Source of the DNA: Octopus vulgaris | Lineage: Eukaryota | Direction of reading: 5' to 3' | Assembly: GCA_951406725.2 (NCBI GenBank) | Contig: OX597830.1 | Span: 43,090,001 to 43,154,000, forward strand | DNA: 64,000 nt | Part shown: piece by piece, positions 11,084-24,085 of the stretch | Position numbering within the stretch: position 1 is the stretch's first letter | How the letters are laid out: the number at the start of each line of letters is the position of its first letter | Notes under the pieces: generated by a model | Seen by the model: only the letters and a program-made list of their open reading frames with translations | Database searches by the model: none | Told to the model about the DNA's origin: nothing | Translations under genes and position numbers: made by a program

Positions 11084-12300
11084 TGGCCATACCATTTTAG
11101 CTTTCTTTTCTTGCCTTTATCTTTAAGAAACGAAATGTGAAGCTGGATTGTTTTATGAACCTACTCATTTATGCAGTGGTCTGTGTTTAAAAGGCCCAAG
11201 ATGTTTCAGTAGAACCTCATATCCTGTATCTTCATCTGTGTTTCTACAGTGAGTATTTGCATCTCACATGGATACGAAAAGTTGGGAAGGACCAGTGCAT
11301 GTAGAATCAGATATTTCTTATCATAATGATACGTTTATCTTTCTATATTGCCTTCATTTAATTTAGTGAAATCATTATCTGTTAAGCTGTTTTGTGTGGT
11401 TCGTTTTCATTAATGATTACTCTCAGTTATTTGACATGTTATACTATCTCTGGTTTATGACCTTTTATAGAAGTATCTGTTGTGAAGATATCATTAGCAT
11501 TTGCAATGACTTTGGACATTTTGTAATGATTTCCAGTCCAAAGTTGTAAAGGCTTTATCAAGGTGATTGACTCATTGATCCTCCTTTCTTACCAGCTTAT
11601 CGATGTTGTCAGCAAATCTGTGGTTTGTGATGCTCTCCGCTCTGATGTTGACTCTGTTCATATGATCTGTTCATATAGGCATTGATGATAATATGCTCCA
11701 AGTTGTTGAAGATATTGGGTGAAAGAAAGCAACTTTGGTGGACTCCTATGGTGTTGTGGACCCGTCATCCTGATTGTGTCTTGCATGAGTACTGAACTGG
11801 TTGTCGTGGCATAAAGCTGTGAAATGTAATTAACCAGCTTGTGCCTCTTGTGGAATTTCTTCAAAGTGTTTCATTGCAAGCTCTATAAAATTCTTTCTTT
11901 AAGTCTTAGAAAATACAGTCTAATTCTCCGTGGTGCTAAAGGTATTTCTTGCAGAGGATGAAAATGTGAAAGATCTGCTCAGTAGTTCTTCTAGCTTTAT
12001 GAAAGCTTACTTGTTCTACAACTATGATGTATTCTGTCTGAAGCATCAGTCCATCAAAGATTGCTTTGAACATTGGACGTGTTTGTTTGACTGAGCTTAC
12101 ACATGCCATGATTATTCTGATATGGTTGGAGATTGCTTTTCTTAGGAAGCAATATTATCAAAAATTGAGATGAGAGTATCAGTCAATCCCCTGTCTGTCA
12201 GATCTTATTACAGATGGGTATTGTGACCTCTCCTTCTTGTTTCAACAGTTCAGCAGGGATATTGCCAACACCATCTTCCACTCATCTTATTGCAACTTGA
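11084..12300 (-). mobile_element. Decayed RTE (BovB-like) LINE RT fragment
   Basis: Reverse translation gives ITNHRFADNID (about 11600-11631) and RKLKWYG next to the minisatellite; many stops and frameshifts. Confidence 0.7.
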
Positions 12301-12935
12301 ACTTTTTCTCACATGATTAGGGAATCATTCTCATTGGAAGAGTCCATTACTTTCAGCATATTTAGACTTGTCAGATCTGATAATTGTGAATTACAATGAT
12401 ACACAAATTCCACTTAAATATCCATATGTTATTGCTATACTTCAATAACACACTACAACATTATTCTGGTTTAATGTCTTCAAGGACAATCCAAACTTTT
12501 CTTGTATTTAATGGATTATTACTACACTTCATAGCAAATGCAAATTTATCTTAGCACTGCATTCAATAACTAGTACGACAATCTCTTTTTAAAACTATGT
12601 CCTAGTTACCACAACCTTATCTATGTTTTAACTCCACAGCAGTTATATGTATATATTTGCATTACCTCTACATTATATAGCCACTGCATTGTCTACAGGT
12701 TACATGCTACACACTATAGCTATTGCAACATTATATAGCCATTACCAGTGTACTCTACAGCCACTGCAATTATATCTTTCCTTCACTGCTACACTTCATA
12801 ATCTCTTGTAGTACATTAGAGCTGCAACTACACTCCTTAACCATAACATATGTGTTATCTTGACACTCGAACCAGTACAGCTTATGTGGAATAACTTTCA
12901 CTATAATTAATATTTGCTATACATTTCTTTCACAG

Positions 12936-13053
12936 CAAAGACATATAAAACCGATTTGGAAAAAGAAAAAGAAAAAGATTTAATTCTCTGGGAAGATCAG
13001 ATGGTTGATTCTTACATCGCAAGGCAAAATAAATCTGACAGTAACAAGAATTT
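12936..13053 (+). CDS. TRPM: TRPM exon (C-terminal rib helix)
   Basis: tttcacag acceptor and gtaagt donor, phase 1 in and phase 2 out; SKTYKTDLEKEKEKDLILWEDQMVDSYIARQNKSDSNKN resembles the TRPM LxxWE...Y rib helix. Confidence 0.88.
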
Positions 13054-14465
13054 GTAAGTGATTTCACTTTTAAATTTATATGCATTAAGCTAATGTTCTG
13101 ACACTTGTAAAACAATTTTCGTTGGGGGAAAAAAGTACAATTTTTATAAGATTAAGGATAGGATGCAGTTGAACAAATACACTTGAGAACATAGTGCACA
13201 TTTTGTTGGCCCTGATTCGTTAATCACAAAGTTGATTCCAATGGAATAAAACTTCACATCTCGAATAAAACAAAAATGCTTGAGTAGATTAAGAATGAAT
13301 TGATGCCAGTGATATTTCTTTTGTCAAATCTGGAAATAAGATAAGTAAATTAGGGATAAAATACTGTAAACAATATATTTTGGTCCCTTGAAATCTTAGT
13401 CACCTCCTGAATTCTAAATAACTGGATTTCTTAAAAGGCATGAAACCAGTTTTATATTATATAGTTTGATACATTAAACTGAACCAATTCTCTTCTTTGT
13501 CAATAATTATCTTATCTACACTAAAAAGCATAAAAGTCAAAGATAATTCCAGCATGATTTGAACTCAGAATCTGAAGCTGAAAATGTGTTGAAACTTGAG
13601 ATGAGTGAAATCTGAAAATTGTGAGAATTTGGGATTTGAATAATAGTATTTTCTGGAAAATACAGGTAAAATATTAAGAAATGTTTAGAAAAGATTTTTT
13701 TCATTTTAAGGCTTCCTATTTTATTTTCAATTCATTCTATGCAAGCAAAAAAACCCTTGTTTTTAAAATTTATATTCCAGGTATTTGGTAAGCATATTGT
13801 TTAGGTTTTAGAGTTGTGATAAACTCTTATGGCCAAGTGTATGACACAATATTGATTCATAGTTGCACTCACTTCCCTTTACTTGTACCATTCATACTGT
13901 TCTGACAGAGACATAACTGTCACAAATCTTATTTTACTTCCCCTAAAGATAATAAGCATTATGTTCATAATTTTCAATCAATAGCTAGAAGGGGCTCATC
14001 AAGTACATTTACCCTTGATACTACACAAAGGTTTCTGGATCTGTGGCAATAAGGCTTTGGGTATTCTCATTTATTATGTTACAAACACAAAACTTGATTC
14101 AAGTTTATAACAGTTCATGAGTTAATAACTGAAATCTTTGCCCCAATACTGGTGTGAAAACTTATCTGTTTATCTTGTTTGAATAATCCTGTTGCTGTTT
14201 TCAAGAATTTATTCATACTGAGTTTACTTTATTGTATTTGTGATGGAACTATTTAAATATAGTCTGCAACTTGTAGAAAGTCTCTTCAATTCAATGCTCC
14301 AAGTTAAGATAACATTGAAATTTGTTAATTAGAACAAAGAGTTGTATATATTCCATGCCATCTATTTATTGTTTGGAAGACTGATAAGTTAATTGTTTTA
14401 ACCTTGAATTCATGCAATACCTGTGACAAAGTCCAAACATCTAATCATAAGTGCTTTCTGTCCTA

Positions 14466-14681
14466 TGAGGGGCTGCTGTAAAGTTCCTGGACTTAAGGGA
14501 ATTGTGAAAAGTCTGGTTGGAGACCTAACCTTCCAAGTTCTTTTACAGAGCTTAGAAAAACTGAAGGACTGCTGCAATAAGTATGTGAATCTTTGAGAGG
14601 GATATGTTGAATAAAATCATAATTAACTGATCCTCCTGTATTTTCTTTTATCCAAAGTCAGGACCTTTTCAGCACCCCTTG
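14466..14681 (+). mobile_element. Mariner-derived MITE/deletion derivative
   Basis: TA-flanked TIRs tgaggggctgctgtaaagttcctg / caggaccttttcagcaccccttg; internal remnant of the mariner C-terminus (...gatatgttgaataaaat). Confidence 0.75.
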
Positions 14682-15385
14682 TATACCTTATTAACTTAGG
14701 CACTTATAGTCATTATATTATTCTATTGACAATATTTTTTTTTTCTGATATTAAAGCATAATAATTGACAAATGATAAAAGGACACTGTTGGGCATTTTA
14801 AAGGGAAAGCTATTGGTATATTTGTTTTGATGATTTCCCATGGTGGATTCATCAGTTGAATACAATAGTAAAATCATTCCATCACCAATTGTACTAAACA
14901 CTAAATGTATTTATTTGAGCCACTGATGGAACCAATGGACAATTGCTCAAACTGCCAGAAGTAGCAGCTAAATTTCCCTCAAATCAAATTCTACTATAAA
15001 AAAGTAAGACACTTAGGACAATGTTGTTCTCGATACACAAAAGATGGGATAGTCGTGGCTGGAATGTCTCTGATCATTTGACTGCCTGGTCAGGGCTGAT
15101 TTGGGGTTAACTTACAAAAACATAAGTTATTGCTGTTTTATGTTTTTTGTTTTAAGTTTCTGACACACCGTCATCATTGTTTAATGTCTGTTTTCCATGC
15201 TGATATGGGTTAATGTTTTTATTAATTGTTGTGCATGCAACATTTAACACTTAGAGAACTGTAGTACTTTCTCTAGATGTCTCCCAATCCTATTAGAAAC
15301 TAGAGACTTTGATGAAATGCAGTTAGTCCAGTATAACAGTTTTTTTTAATAACTATTCCATAACTTTGGATGAAGTTTGTTGGTA

Positions 15386-16370
15386 TCATCATCAGCATCA
15401 TTGTTATTTAACGTCTGCTTTCCATGCTGACATGGGTTGGATGATTTGACAGAGGGCTGGCAAGCCAGAAGGTTACATCAGGCTCCAATCCGATCTGGCA
15501 AATTTTCTACAGCTGGATGCCCTTCCTAATGCCAACCACTCCGAAAGTGTACTGGATGCTTTTTACATGCCATCAGCATGAGGGTCAGTCAGGCAGTACT
15601 GGCATCGACCATGCTTGAATGGGGCTTTTTACATGCCACTGGCATGGGTGCTAATCAGGTGGTACTTTCATTAGCCATGACAATGACTTCACTTGACTCA
15701 ACAGGTCTTCGCAAGCACAGTTTATTGCCCAATGATTGAAGGGTACCCTTAAGTGGGCTGGTTATGCTGCACTGGCATAGGTCATGGTTACGGTCTCACT
15801 TGGCTTGCCGTGTCTTCTCAAGACAGCATATATTGGTCACTTGTCATTGTCTCAGTGAGGTCCAACATTCAAAAGTCGTGCTTCACCACGTCATTCCAAG
15901 TCTTACTGGGTCTACCTCTTCCACAGGTTTCCTTCACTGCTAGAGTGTGACACTTTTTCACACAGCTATCCTCATCCATATGCAACACATGACCATACCA
16001 GTGCAGTCATCTCTCTAGTACACCACATCTGATGCTTCTTAAGACCAACATTTCTCTCAGGCGCTTACACTCTGTCACACATGCACACTGACATTACACA
16101 TCCAGCAGAACATACTAGCTTCATTTCTTGCAAGCTTACACATGTCCTCATCAGTCACCACCCATGTTTCACTGCCATGTAGCATGGCTGTTCACACACA
16201 TGCGTCATACAGTCTACATTTTACTCTAAGTGAGAGGCCCTTTGTCACCAGTAGAGGTAGGAGCTCTCTGAACTTTTCCCAGGCTATTCTCATTCTAGCA
16301 GCTACACTCAGAGCATCAACTCCACCGCTACTGACTTGGTCACCTAGGTAACGGAAGCTATCAACTACTT
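15386..16370 (-). mobile_element. RTE LINE 3' fragment with UTR and (GAT)n tail
   Basis: Reverse translation gives VVDSFRYLGDQV and ETCGRGRPSKTWNDVVKHDF, followed by the shared UTR repeat. Confidence 0.85.
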
Positions 16371-16514
16371 ATTCATTGATGTACACTGTGAATGTGGTTT
16401 TAACCAGATTTTGTTGCTTTTTTGGTTGAATATAGTTAACTTGATTATCACTGATACTGGTTTCTGGACATCCAATTTCTATCTCAGAGTTAACTTTGTG
16501 TTGTAATTGTTGTT

Positions 16515-16816
16515 GTTTGTTCCTTCTTGAGCCATGCCTGGCTCATAAGGGGCAGTTTCCAAGTTTCATTGGCATATAGGTTCCCCACCTGGATGGGACG
16601 GCGGCCCATCACAGGTAAGCTGCTAAATGCATGAGGAAAGAGTGAGAGAAAGTTGTGGCGAAAGAGTCAGCAGAAGTTCACCATTACCTTCTACTGGAGT
16701 CATGTGGAGCTTAGGTATTTCACTCATAAACACACACATCGCCTGGTCTGAGATTCAAACTTGCAATCCCTTGACTGCAAGTCCACTGCTCCAATCTCGA
16801 GGCCGTGTGCCTCCAC
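16515..16816 (-). mobile_element. tRNA-derived SINE
   Basis: Head and body match the SINE at 45652 in reverse; the tail differs and contains tgatgggccgccgtcccatccagg. Confidence 0.75.
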
Positions 16817-18289
16817 TTGTGTTCTAATTAGTCTGCATTATTTGCAAGTTGCACAACTCTTATTAGAAAAGGAATTCCAAGATGTGCCTTCATGCTTTCC
16901 ATTCAAAGGTTTTTGTAAGGCCCAACAGCTTTTTTTCAATAATTATGCTTCCTTCATAAGCGCATCAATATGTAGAAACGCTACACCTATAATATGCCAA
17001 TAAATTGTGTTTTCAATTTTTCTCATTCATTATAAAATAATATTGATGCAATTTCAGCTACATGAAAACTCCACTCTAACTCAGAATTAATAAATCTCAA
17101 CATCAGTTTGATTGCTGGTGTTTATAGATGACATTGAAATATCACTCCAGATATTTAATCCAAATCTAACACTATATCCCTTTCTTATGCTTCATTTTAT
17201 CTTCATGATTCTCCAGAGTTCTGCACACATTCATCCAGTCTGCAAATTCACATGTTGTGAGTGATGTTTCAACCAGAACACTATAAATAGCATTTGTGCT
17301 TTGAGTAAATTGACCAGGATCTCCTCAAAATCTGGATTTTTCAATCTTTTTTCAAAATATTTCTTTGAGGAATATCTGTTATGCACCTTGTAAACTCTGC
17401 TTCATTCAAAATATATATAATTTCTTTTATTTTATTTTGAAAAAAAAAATTGATGTCTTTCAGTTAGCAATTCTATAAGAAATAATTACCAACTGTTCTA
17501 AGCCAGTTTGTGATATCTCTATATTGTTTGTAATCACTGAAATTGTTTCTTGGACCATATTCCTAATCTTTCTCTTGTTCCGTGGTGTTTTTCATATTGT
17601 CCATTATGATCATCACGTGTGTTGAAAGTGGGTTGAAAATTGCTAGAAAGACCTCACCCACTACAGTTTGTATGCTATTACTGGTTACACTGTTACTTGA
17701 TTAGCTTGTTTCAGCTTTAGAAATTGACAAAATTAACATTAAAAAATAGTTTTATAGCTTTTAATGTTTAGAAAATTCATCTGATTACTTCTTGTTGTGT
17801 TTGTGTTTTTAGTATCAACTTAAGAATTTTTCTGAACTCACTGTTATTTCTTATTGGTATTAATCTTTGTTAAAATCAAAGAAAATTCCTTTCAGCTTTG
17901 ATTATAGTGGATGCATAAAATATCACCACAAGTTATTCTGATGCTTCCAAATGCATTGTTACAAAATGAAACTTTCAGAAGGAACAAATGGTAGCGTTTT
18001 TTTTTAGTGGAATTCAGAAAGTTAAATCCAAATGTATTAAAGGATTAACGTAGATGAACAGATTGTGGAAAGGTACATGTTCCTTTAAGAATTGGTAAAC
18101 AGTTCTGAGAAGAACAGTATTAACCTTGCAATATATTACAAAAATGGTCTTGACTGCAATTTATTCAATGTGCACTGTCAGTTCAGTGACCATTTACAAC
18201 TTGGAAAATCTCTGAACACGGAAGAAAACACACCATCAAAATACAATGTACAGAAATTATTCAGCTTATTTGTGATCTACACCTAACTG

Positions 18290-18420
18290 AAGTGTTCCTC
18301 AATATTATTGTTGCACTTAAGGAATACTTAATGGCTATTACAAGGTGTGAAGCAGAAAGGAATTTTTCTACCATAACTGAAGAGTATTTAAATTATTTTG
18401 CCATATTGTCACCAAAAAAA
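18290..18420 (+). mobile_element. hAT transposase C-terminal (dimerization domain) relic
   Basis: VFLNIIVALKEYLMAITRCEAERNFS resembles the hAT FPN..ALxxxL..T.CEAERSFS motif. Confidence 0.55.
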
Positions 18421-18649
18421 AAATGTCATTGCAAGGAATCTCTCAAGTGACAAAACTTTGCAAGAAAAACCTGAAAGAAAATATTTCTAAAATTTGGTTT
18501 ATGTAGCATGTAATATAATAGGTGTTTAAATTAAAAAATTATGTTAAATCTAATCATAGCTGAGTTTTATTCATTAGTCTACATTGTGTCAAGCATTTGT
18601 ATAATGTCTAATTTTCATCCACCTCATAACTCAAACACTTTCTGTTCAG

Positions 18650-18666
18650 AGCAGAAACTTTAAAAG
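18650..18666 (+). CDS. TRPM: Predicted 17-nt TRPM micro-exon (L-AETLK-G)
   Basis: Pyrimidine-rich cactttctgttcag acceptor and gtgaga donor; it is the phase-2 to phase-1 piece needed to join exon 12936-13053 to exon 18931-18994 in frame. Confidence 0.6.
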
Positions 18667-18930
18667 GTGAGATAACTCAGCACAGCAATTTAAATTAAAA
18701 CTTGAGATATAAAACTGAATTTTATTTTAAAATGTATAATGATCTGTCATGGAACAAATGCATTATAGGGGTAGCCAAAGACCATTACTGATAGGAAAAA
18801 GCTTATTGTATGGTGCCATTTTTGGGGATTTCACTCAATCACACTTTTCTCTCACCTCTTGACTTCTGAGTCCTTGCATGGGTAGTAAGGTACTTTTCAA
18901 ACCTTGTTGAATGTTGCCCTATTGTTACAG

Positions 18931-18994
18931 GCTTTGAAGAGGAGCTTCAAGACACCCAAAACATAGGCTTGTCACTGCATGAAGAAGTGGAAGG
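18931..18994 (+). CDS. TRPM: TRPM exon (coiled-coil region)
   Basis: ttgttacag acceptor and gtaaat donor; GFEEELQDTQNIGLSLHEEVEG, open and phase-compatible with the next exon. Confidence 0.7.
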
Positions 18995-19124
18995 GTAAAT
19001 ATTTTCACCACACAACTGTGATTTGGCAGCTGACAAAGTTCCATTATAGTGGAACACTATGATATAAATGGCTCTTTCATAATGTAACTACCTCTAAATA
19101 TAATTACATATTTTATCATTGCAG

Positions 19125-19248
19125 AATTGACCAATTAGAACTTCCTAAATATGAAAGTTCACAGAATATTTCATTCTCAGAACCTGAAAAAGAATTTACT
19201 ATAAGCGCAAATATTTTAAATCAGAGGCTGCAAAACATTGAAGAAAAG
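19125..19248 (+). CDS. TRPM: TRPM exon (coiled-coil region)
   Basis: cattgcag acceptor and AAG|gtttgc donor; IDQLELPKYESSQNISFSEPEKEFTISANILNQRLQNIEEK, with a heptad-like end. Confidence 0.8.
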
Positions 19249-20677
19249 GTTTGCAATTTATAATTTAAAATTTATTTTTCAGCTTTAACATTTTATGCTA
19301 TGATTTACTCAAAATTTTAAGGAATTTATTAACTGAACAAATAATATTTATTGAATGTTAGAATTGCAGATATGAAGCAAATATAAAAGACTGGTCCATA
19401 GAGCAATGACAAAAAAAAATTTCTACGACATTTAGAAATGTGATAGTTATTCTGGCCAAAATCGACTTTATTGAAAATGGTTGTGTAGCATTTGTAGCAT
19501 TAGGAAACAGCATATAGGAAACAGAACAAATACATTAAAAGGTTTATCTCAAATAAAGAGTAAAAAATTTCATGGGGATATATTTGCTACATCCTTTATG
19601 AGTATCTGTCAAACAGCATCATCATATATGACACTAATATGATATTATTGAGAAAAACAAAAAAGTCATGGCAAAGAAAGAGTTTTTGTTTCTATTTATA
19701 CTACTATTACCAACTTTATATTTCATTTCTCAGTCATTAATCAATCTAATTTTCTACATTTTAAAAAAAGAAAGAAATTATATTAATTTTCATGTTATCA
19801 GAATCCAAGTAAGTATATCATATTTTATCAATGTTCAGCACACTTGCAAACAACTCCATTTGATTTAATTAGTGTGATTACATATAAAACTAATTGTAAT
19901 ATCATTGGAGCTATGATACATCACCACCTATGATCCATGATCAGAAGAATCCAACTGTGACCATCCCACATTTTAATCTAATTTAGTATACATAGAACTA
20001 TATTATCTAATGTGTTGCCTTTTTAAGATGGTAGGATAAGATGAAAACAAGATCTTGAGGCTTGAGAGACTACACAGAGATTCACTTGCAGGCTAATATA
20101 TTGTAAATTATTTAATCTCATACTCTACCATTTGAGGCTGATTGCTGATTTGATTTGTAATTTTAATTTTTTTTGCTTGTTTCAGTCATTAGAATGTGGC
20201 CATGCTTGGGCACTGCCTTAAATAATTTTTAGTCAAATGACTTGACCCCGCCTGGCACTTATACTATTGATCTCTTTTGCCAAACTGCTAAATTATGAGG
20301 ACATAAACACACGAAAACCAGTTGTCTAGAAGTGGTGGTAGTATACAAAACAGACACAAAGACACACAGACACACGCACATATATATAGTATACGATGGG
20401 CTTCCTTTCCGTTTTTGCTTACCAAATGTGCCAAATACATTAAGAGATAAAATGTATTGTTTTTGATATTTACTTCAAAATTAGGGCATCCCTCACCACC
20501 AAACACAAACTGAAAGAAAGTACAAGGCCCAACAATAAAGTCAAATATATTTCAAGATTTCATAACTGTGATGAAAATTTATTTGAAACTGAAAGTAAAT
20601 AAAATAAAATAAAAAATGAATATAACAGCCTGTATATATTAAATACTAAATAACAAACGATTTTTCTATACTTTCAG

Positions 20678-20740
20678 ATAAATAATATTGATACAACTCT
20701 TGCAAAATTAAAAGAAAGTCTCATGGACAGAAAACATTGA
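20678..20740 (+). CDS. TRPM: TRPM terminal coding exon
   Basis: tttttctatactttcag acceptor, phase 0; INNIDTTLAKLKESLMDRKH-TGA continues the heptad pattern. AATAAA occurs at 21038 and 21090. Confidence 0.78.
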   Translation: MNNIDTTLAKLKESLMDRKH

Positions 20741-20838
20741 GAAGAGGGTCCTGGAGGAATGTTTTCTGAATGTAGTGAAACAGACTTTTGTTTTGAGAAT
20801 GGCCAACTAAGAATATAATTGACATTTACTGTACTTAA

Positions 20839-21059
20839 CCCTTTTGTTACTAACCCGGCTGAAACCGGCTCTGGCTCTATAGTACAAATGTCTTGTTTTC
20901 ATAAGTTTTGAATTAAAATCTTCCACCGAACCTTAGTCACAATTTATGTTCCTAACACTAGCTGAATGATAACCAAGTTATTTTACTAAATTCTTTGTTA
21001 TATTTAAAGTAATTGAAAGAAACACAGAGCATCTCAAAATAAATACAGTAACGAAAGGG
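20839..21059. mobile_element. piggyBac-like MITE in the presumed TRPM 3' UTR
   Basis: ttaa|CCCTTTTGTTAC...GTAACGAAAGGG|ttttaa; an older related copy lies at about 61838-62055. Confidence 0.75.
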
Positions 21060-21237
21060 TTTTAAAGTATCAATTACATACGAAATCATAATAAACTATA
21101 GGCAACAGCAACACTAGCATCAGGAATGGATGTTGCTGTTGTTGTTAATGGTTTTTGAACAGACATAATCAGACAAAATTAGAATTAAGCCTGAAATATA
21201 AAAAGGAAGTGATAACTGTTTATTCATTAAAGCAAGT

Positions 21238-23130
21238 TCATCATCATCATCATCATCATCATCATTTAACGTCTGTTGTCCATGCTGGCATGGGTTGGAT
21301 GGTTTGACTGGGTTGGCACACTGAAAGGCTAGACCAGAATTCAGTCTGATTTGGCATGGTTCTCTACAGCTGAATGCCCTTCCTAATACCAAACACTCTG
21401 AGAGTGTAATGGGTGCTTTTATGTTCCACTGGCACAGGTGCCATTTGCATGACAACAGCCAGTTTGCGCGACAGCGGTATCTACTATGACTGTGATTTTG
21501 CTCAGCTTGATGGGTCTTCATCTCAAACACAACATAATGCCAAAAGTATTGGTCATTGCCTCTGTGCCCAACACTCAGCCATTTTGCCTCCATGAGGCCC
21601 ATCGTTCAAAAGATGCTCTTTACATGCCACCAACACGGGTGCATTTGGCCTGATGGGTCCTCTCAAGCCTAGCACATTGCCAAAGGTCTTGGTCACCAGT
21701 CATTGACTCTGTGAGGCTCAATATTTGAAGATCATACTTCACCACCTCATCCCATGTCTTCTTGGGTCTACCTCTACCACAGGTTCCCTCCACAGTTAGA
21801 GGCACCATTAACTGCCAAGGGATCAACCTAGAGGTAGTAGATAACTTCCATTATCTAGGTGACCTCGTCCAGCTGTCCTTATCCACTCACATCACATGAC
21901 CATTCCAGCACAGTCATCTCTCTTGCACACCACATCTGATTCCTCTTATGCCTAACTTTTCTCTCAAGATGCTTACACTGTCAAACATGCACACTGACAT
22001 TTCACATCCAGTGAAGCATACTGGCTTCATTTCTCTCAAGCCTTCGTGTGTCCTCAACTGTCATAGCTCATGTTTCACTGCCATGCAGCATAGCTGTTCA
22101 CATACAGGCATCAAACAATATACCTTTCACTTTGAGAGAGAGGTGCTTTGTTGGCAGTAGGGGTAGGAGCTCTCTGAACTTTGCCCAACCTAACCACAGC
22201 TATGCTCTTGGAGTATCCACCTCCACTACTAACTTGGTCACCTGTGATAATGGAAGCTATCTACTACCTCTAGCTTGATCCCCTGGAAGTTGATGGAGTC
22301 TATTTTCTGTGCATTTTCAGTGTTTATTGTACCTGTGAGCCTTCTACATACAAAAGTTAGTTTCCCTGTTAACCTTCCTCTGATGTTACTGCACCTTTTA
22401 TGTGTCCAAAGCTTACACTGGGTGCATTTGATGAAGTTTCTACCTACATCTTTTCTATAGATTGAATAGGGCCATCTACCTGAAGGGATTTGTGATTTGT
22501 CTGCCTTCCTACTTACTATGACTTTAGTTTTTGCTAGGTTAAATCTAAGGCCCTTTGATTCTAGACCTTGCTTCCATACCTGGAACTTTTTCTCTAGTTC
22601 AGGTAGTGATTCAGCTATAAGAGCAAGGTTATCAGCCTGTCTTGAATTCCTCTGTTATTGCATGGAGGACTATGATGAACAAGAGGGAGCTGAGCACTGA
22701 TCCTTTGTGAACCCCTACTTGTACCCTGAATTCTTTGCTGTACTCATTACCCACCCTCACCTTACTGGTAGCATCCCTGTACAAGGCTTGTATGGATCTC
22801 ACCAATTACTTGTCTAACCCTAGTTTCTGCATTGACCATCAGATAAGGGATCAGAGAACTCTGTCAAAAGCTTTCACCAAATCAACAAAAGCCAAGTACA
22901 GAGGTTTGTCTTTGGTTAGGTATTTCTCCTGCAGTTGCCTTACCAGAAATATAGCATCAGTGATGCTTCTACTTGGCACAAAACCAAACTGCATCTCATC
23001 TAGACTAAGTCTCTTCCTAATTAGTTGGGCTTTTCTTTCTCCATAACTTTCATCACCTGATACAACAATTTGATACTTCTGTAATTATTTCTATCTAAGG
23101 CATCACCTTTACCTTTGTAGCAGTTCACTA
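21238..23130 (-). mobile_element. RTE LINE fragment (RT core to 3' UTR)
   Basis: Reverse translations IVNCYKGKGDALDRNNYRSIKLL, MQFGFVPSRSITDAIFLVRQLQEKYL, AFVDLVKAFDRV and CGRGRPKKTWDEVV; frameshifted. Confidence 0.88.
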
Positions 23131-23460
23131 TGGTGGTTAGAGCGTCGAGCTTACGATCGTGAGGTTGTGAGCTCGAATCCCGGACCGGGCTGTGTATTGT
23201 GTTCTCGAGCAAGGCACTTTATTTCACGTTGCTCCAGTTCACTCAGCTGTAGAAATGAGTTGCGACATCACTGGTGCCAAGCTGTATCGACCTTTGTCTT
23301 TCCCTTGAATAACACTGGTGGTGTGGAGAGGGGAGGCTGGTATGCATGGGCGACTGCTGGCCTTCCATAAACAACCTTGCCCGGACTTGTGTCTAGGAGG
23401 GTAACTTTCCAGGTACAATCCCATGGTCATTCATGACCGAAGGGGGTCTTTACCCTTTAC
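23131..23460 (+). mobile_element. Well-preserved tRNA-derived SINE (CpG-rich)
   Basis: gtggttagagcgtcgagc...gagctcgaatcccgg head; ends gaagggggtctttacccttta. Confidence 0.85.
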
Positions 23461-23754
23461 CATCGATTTGAGTAGCTGGTCCCTCAATTGGGTCAACATT
23501 TGGCAGACTATCCTCCTCCCATTCATTCTCCACGTTCAGCAGTCTTCCTTAATGGCATCCCCAAGCCTTTTTCTTTGCAGACTCATTAAAAGCAAGTGCA
23601 CCATCATCCATGTGGACACATTTCTCTCCTATGACATCGCAATTTTCTCTCACGCACTGTCTTGCGACTTGAAATACTTAATTTCTTTGGGCCTCACGAT
23701 GCTTAACATAGGCAAACTTCTTCTTTTCTGCTTCTCCCTTGGCTACTTTAATCC

Positions 23755-24085
23755 TATATCTAATCCAATATTTTAATGTAATGTATTAACATATATTTCA
23801 CTAACTGTCAGGTAAATGCAAGAAACTGAAGAACTTTAAAATTAGAGGAGTCTTACCAAATTTTTGAGAATTTCCTCTACTATACTATATATAATTAACA
23901 TTTACTGCACTTAAAGTATCAGTTAATTACTAAATCATGATAAACTGTAACAAAATAGCTATAAATCCTAAAACAGAAATGTAAGGTAAAACCATATATT
24001 TTAATCTAATATTTTAACTGAATGTATTAACATATATTTTACTGTCAGGTAAATGCAAGAATCTGAAGTACTAAATATAGAGAGA
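23755..24085. repeat. Diverged local direct duplication (~245-bp period)
   Basis: aatattttaa..aatgtattaacatatattt..actgtcaggtaaatgcaagaa.ctgaag occurs at about 23768-23832 and 24009-24068. Confidence 0.8.

Noticed and set aside
10448-11100. CRISPR-like array or repeat protein (ORFs of 187-215 aa)
   Set aside because: Units are contiguous with no unique spacers and the context is eukaryotic and intronic. The ORFs are a by-product of a stop-free 42-bp unit, and I saw no splice or start support.
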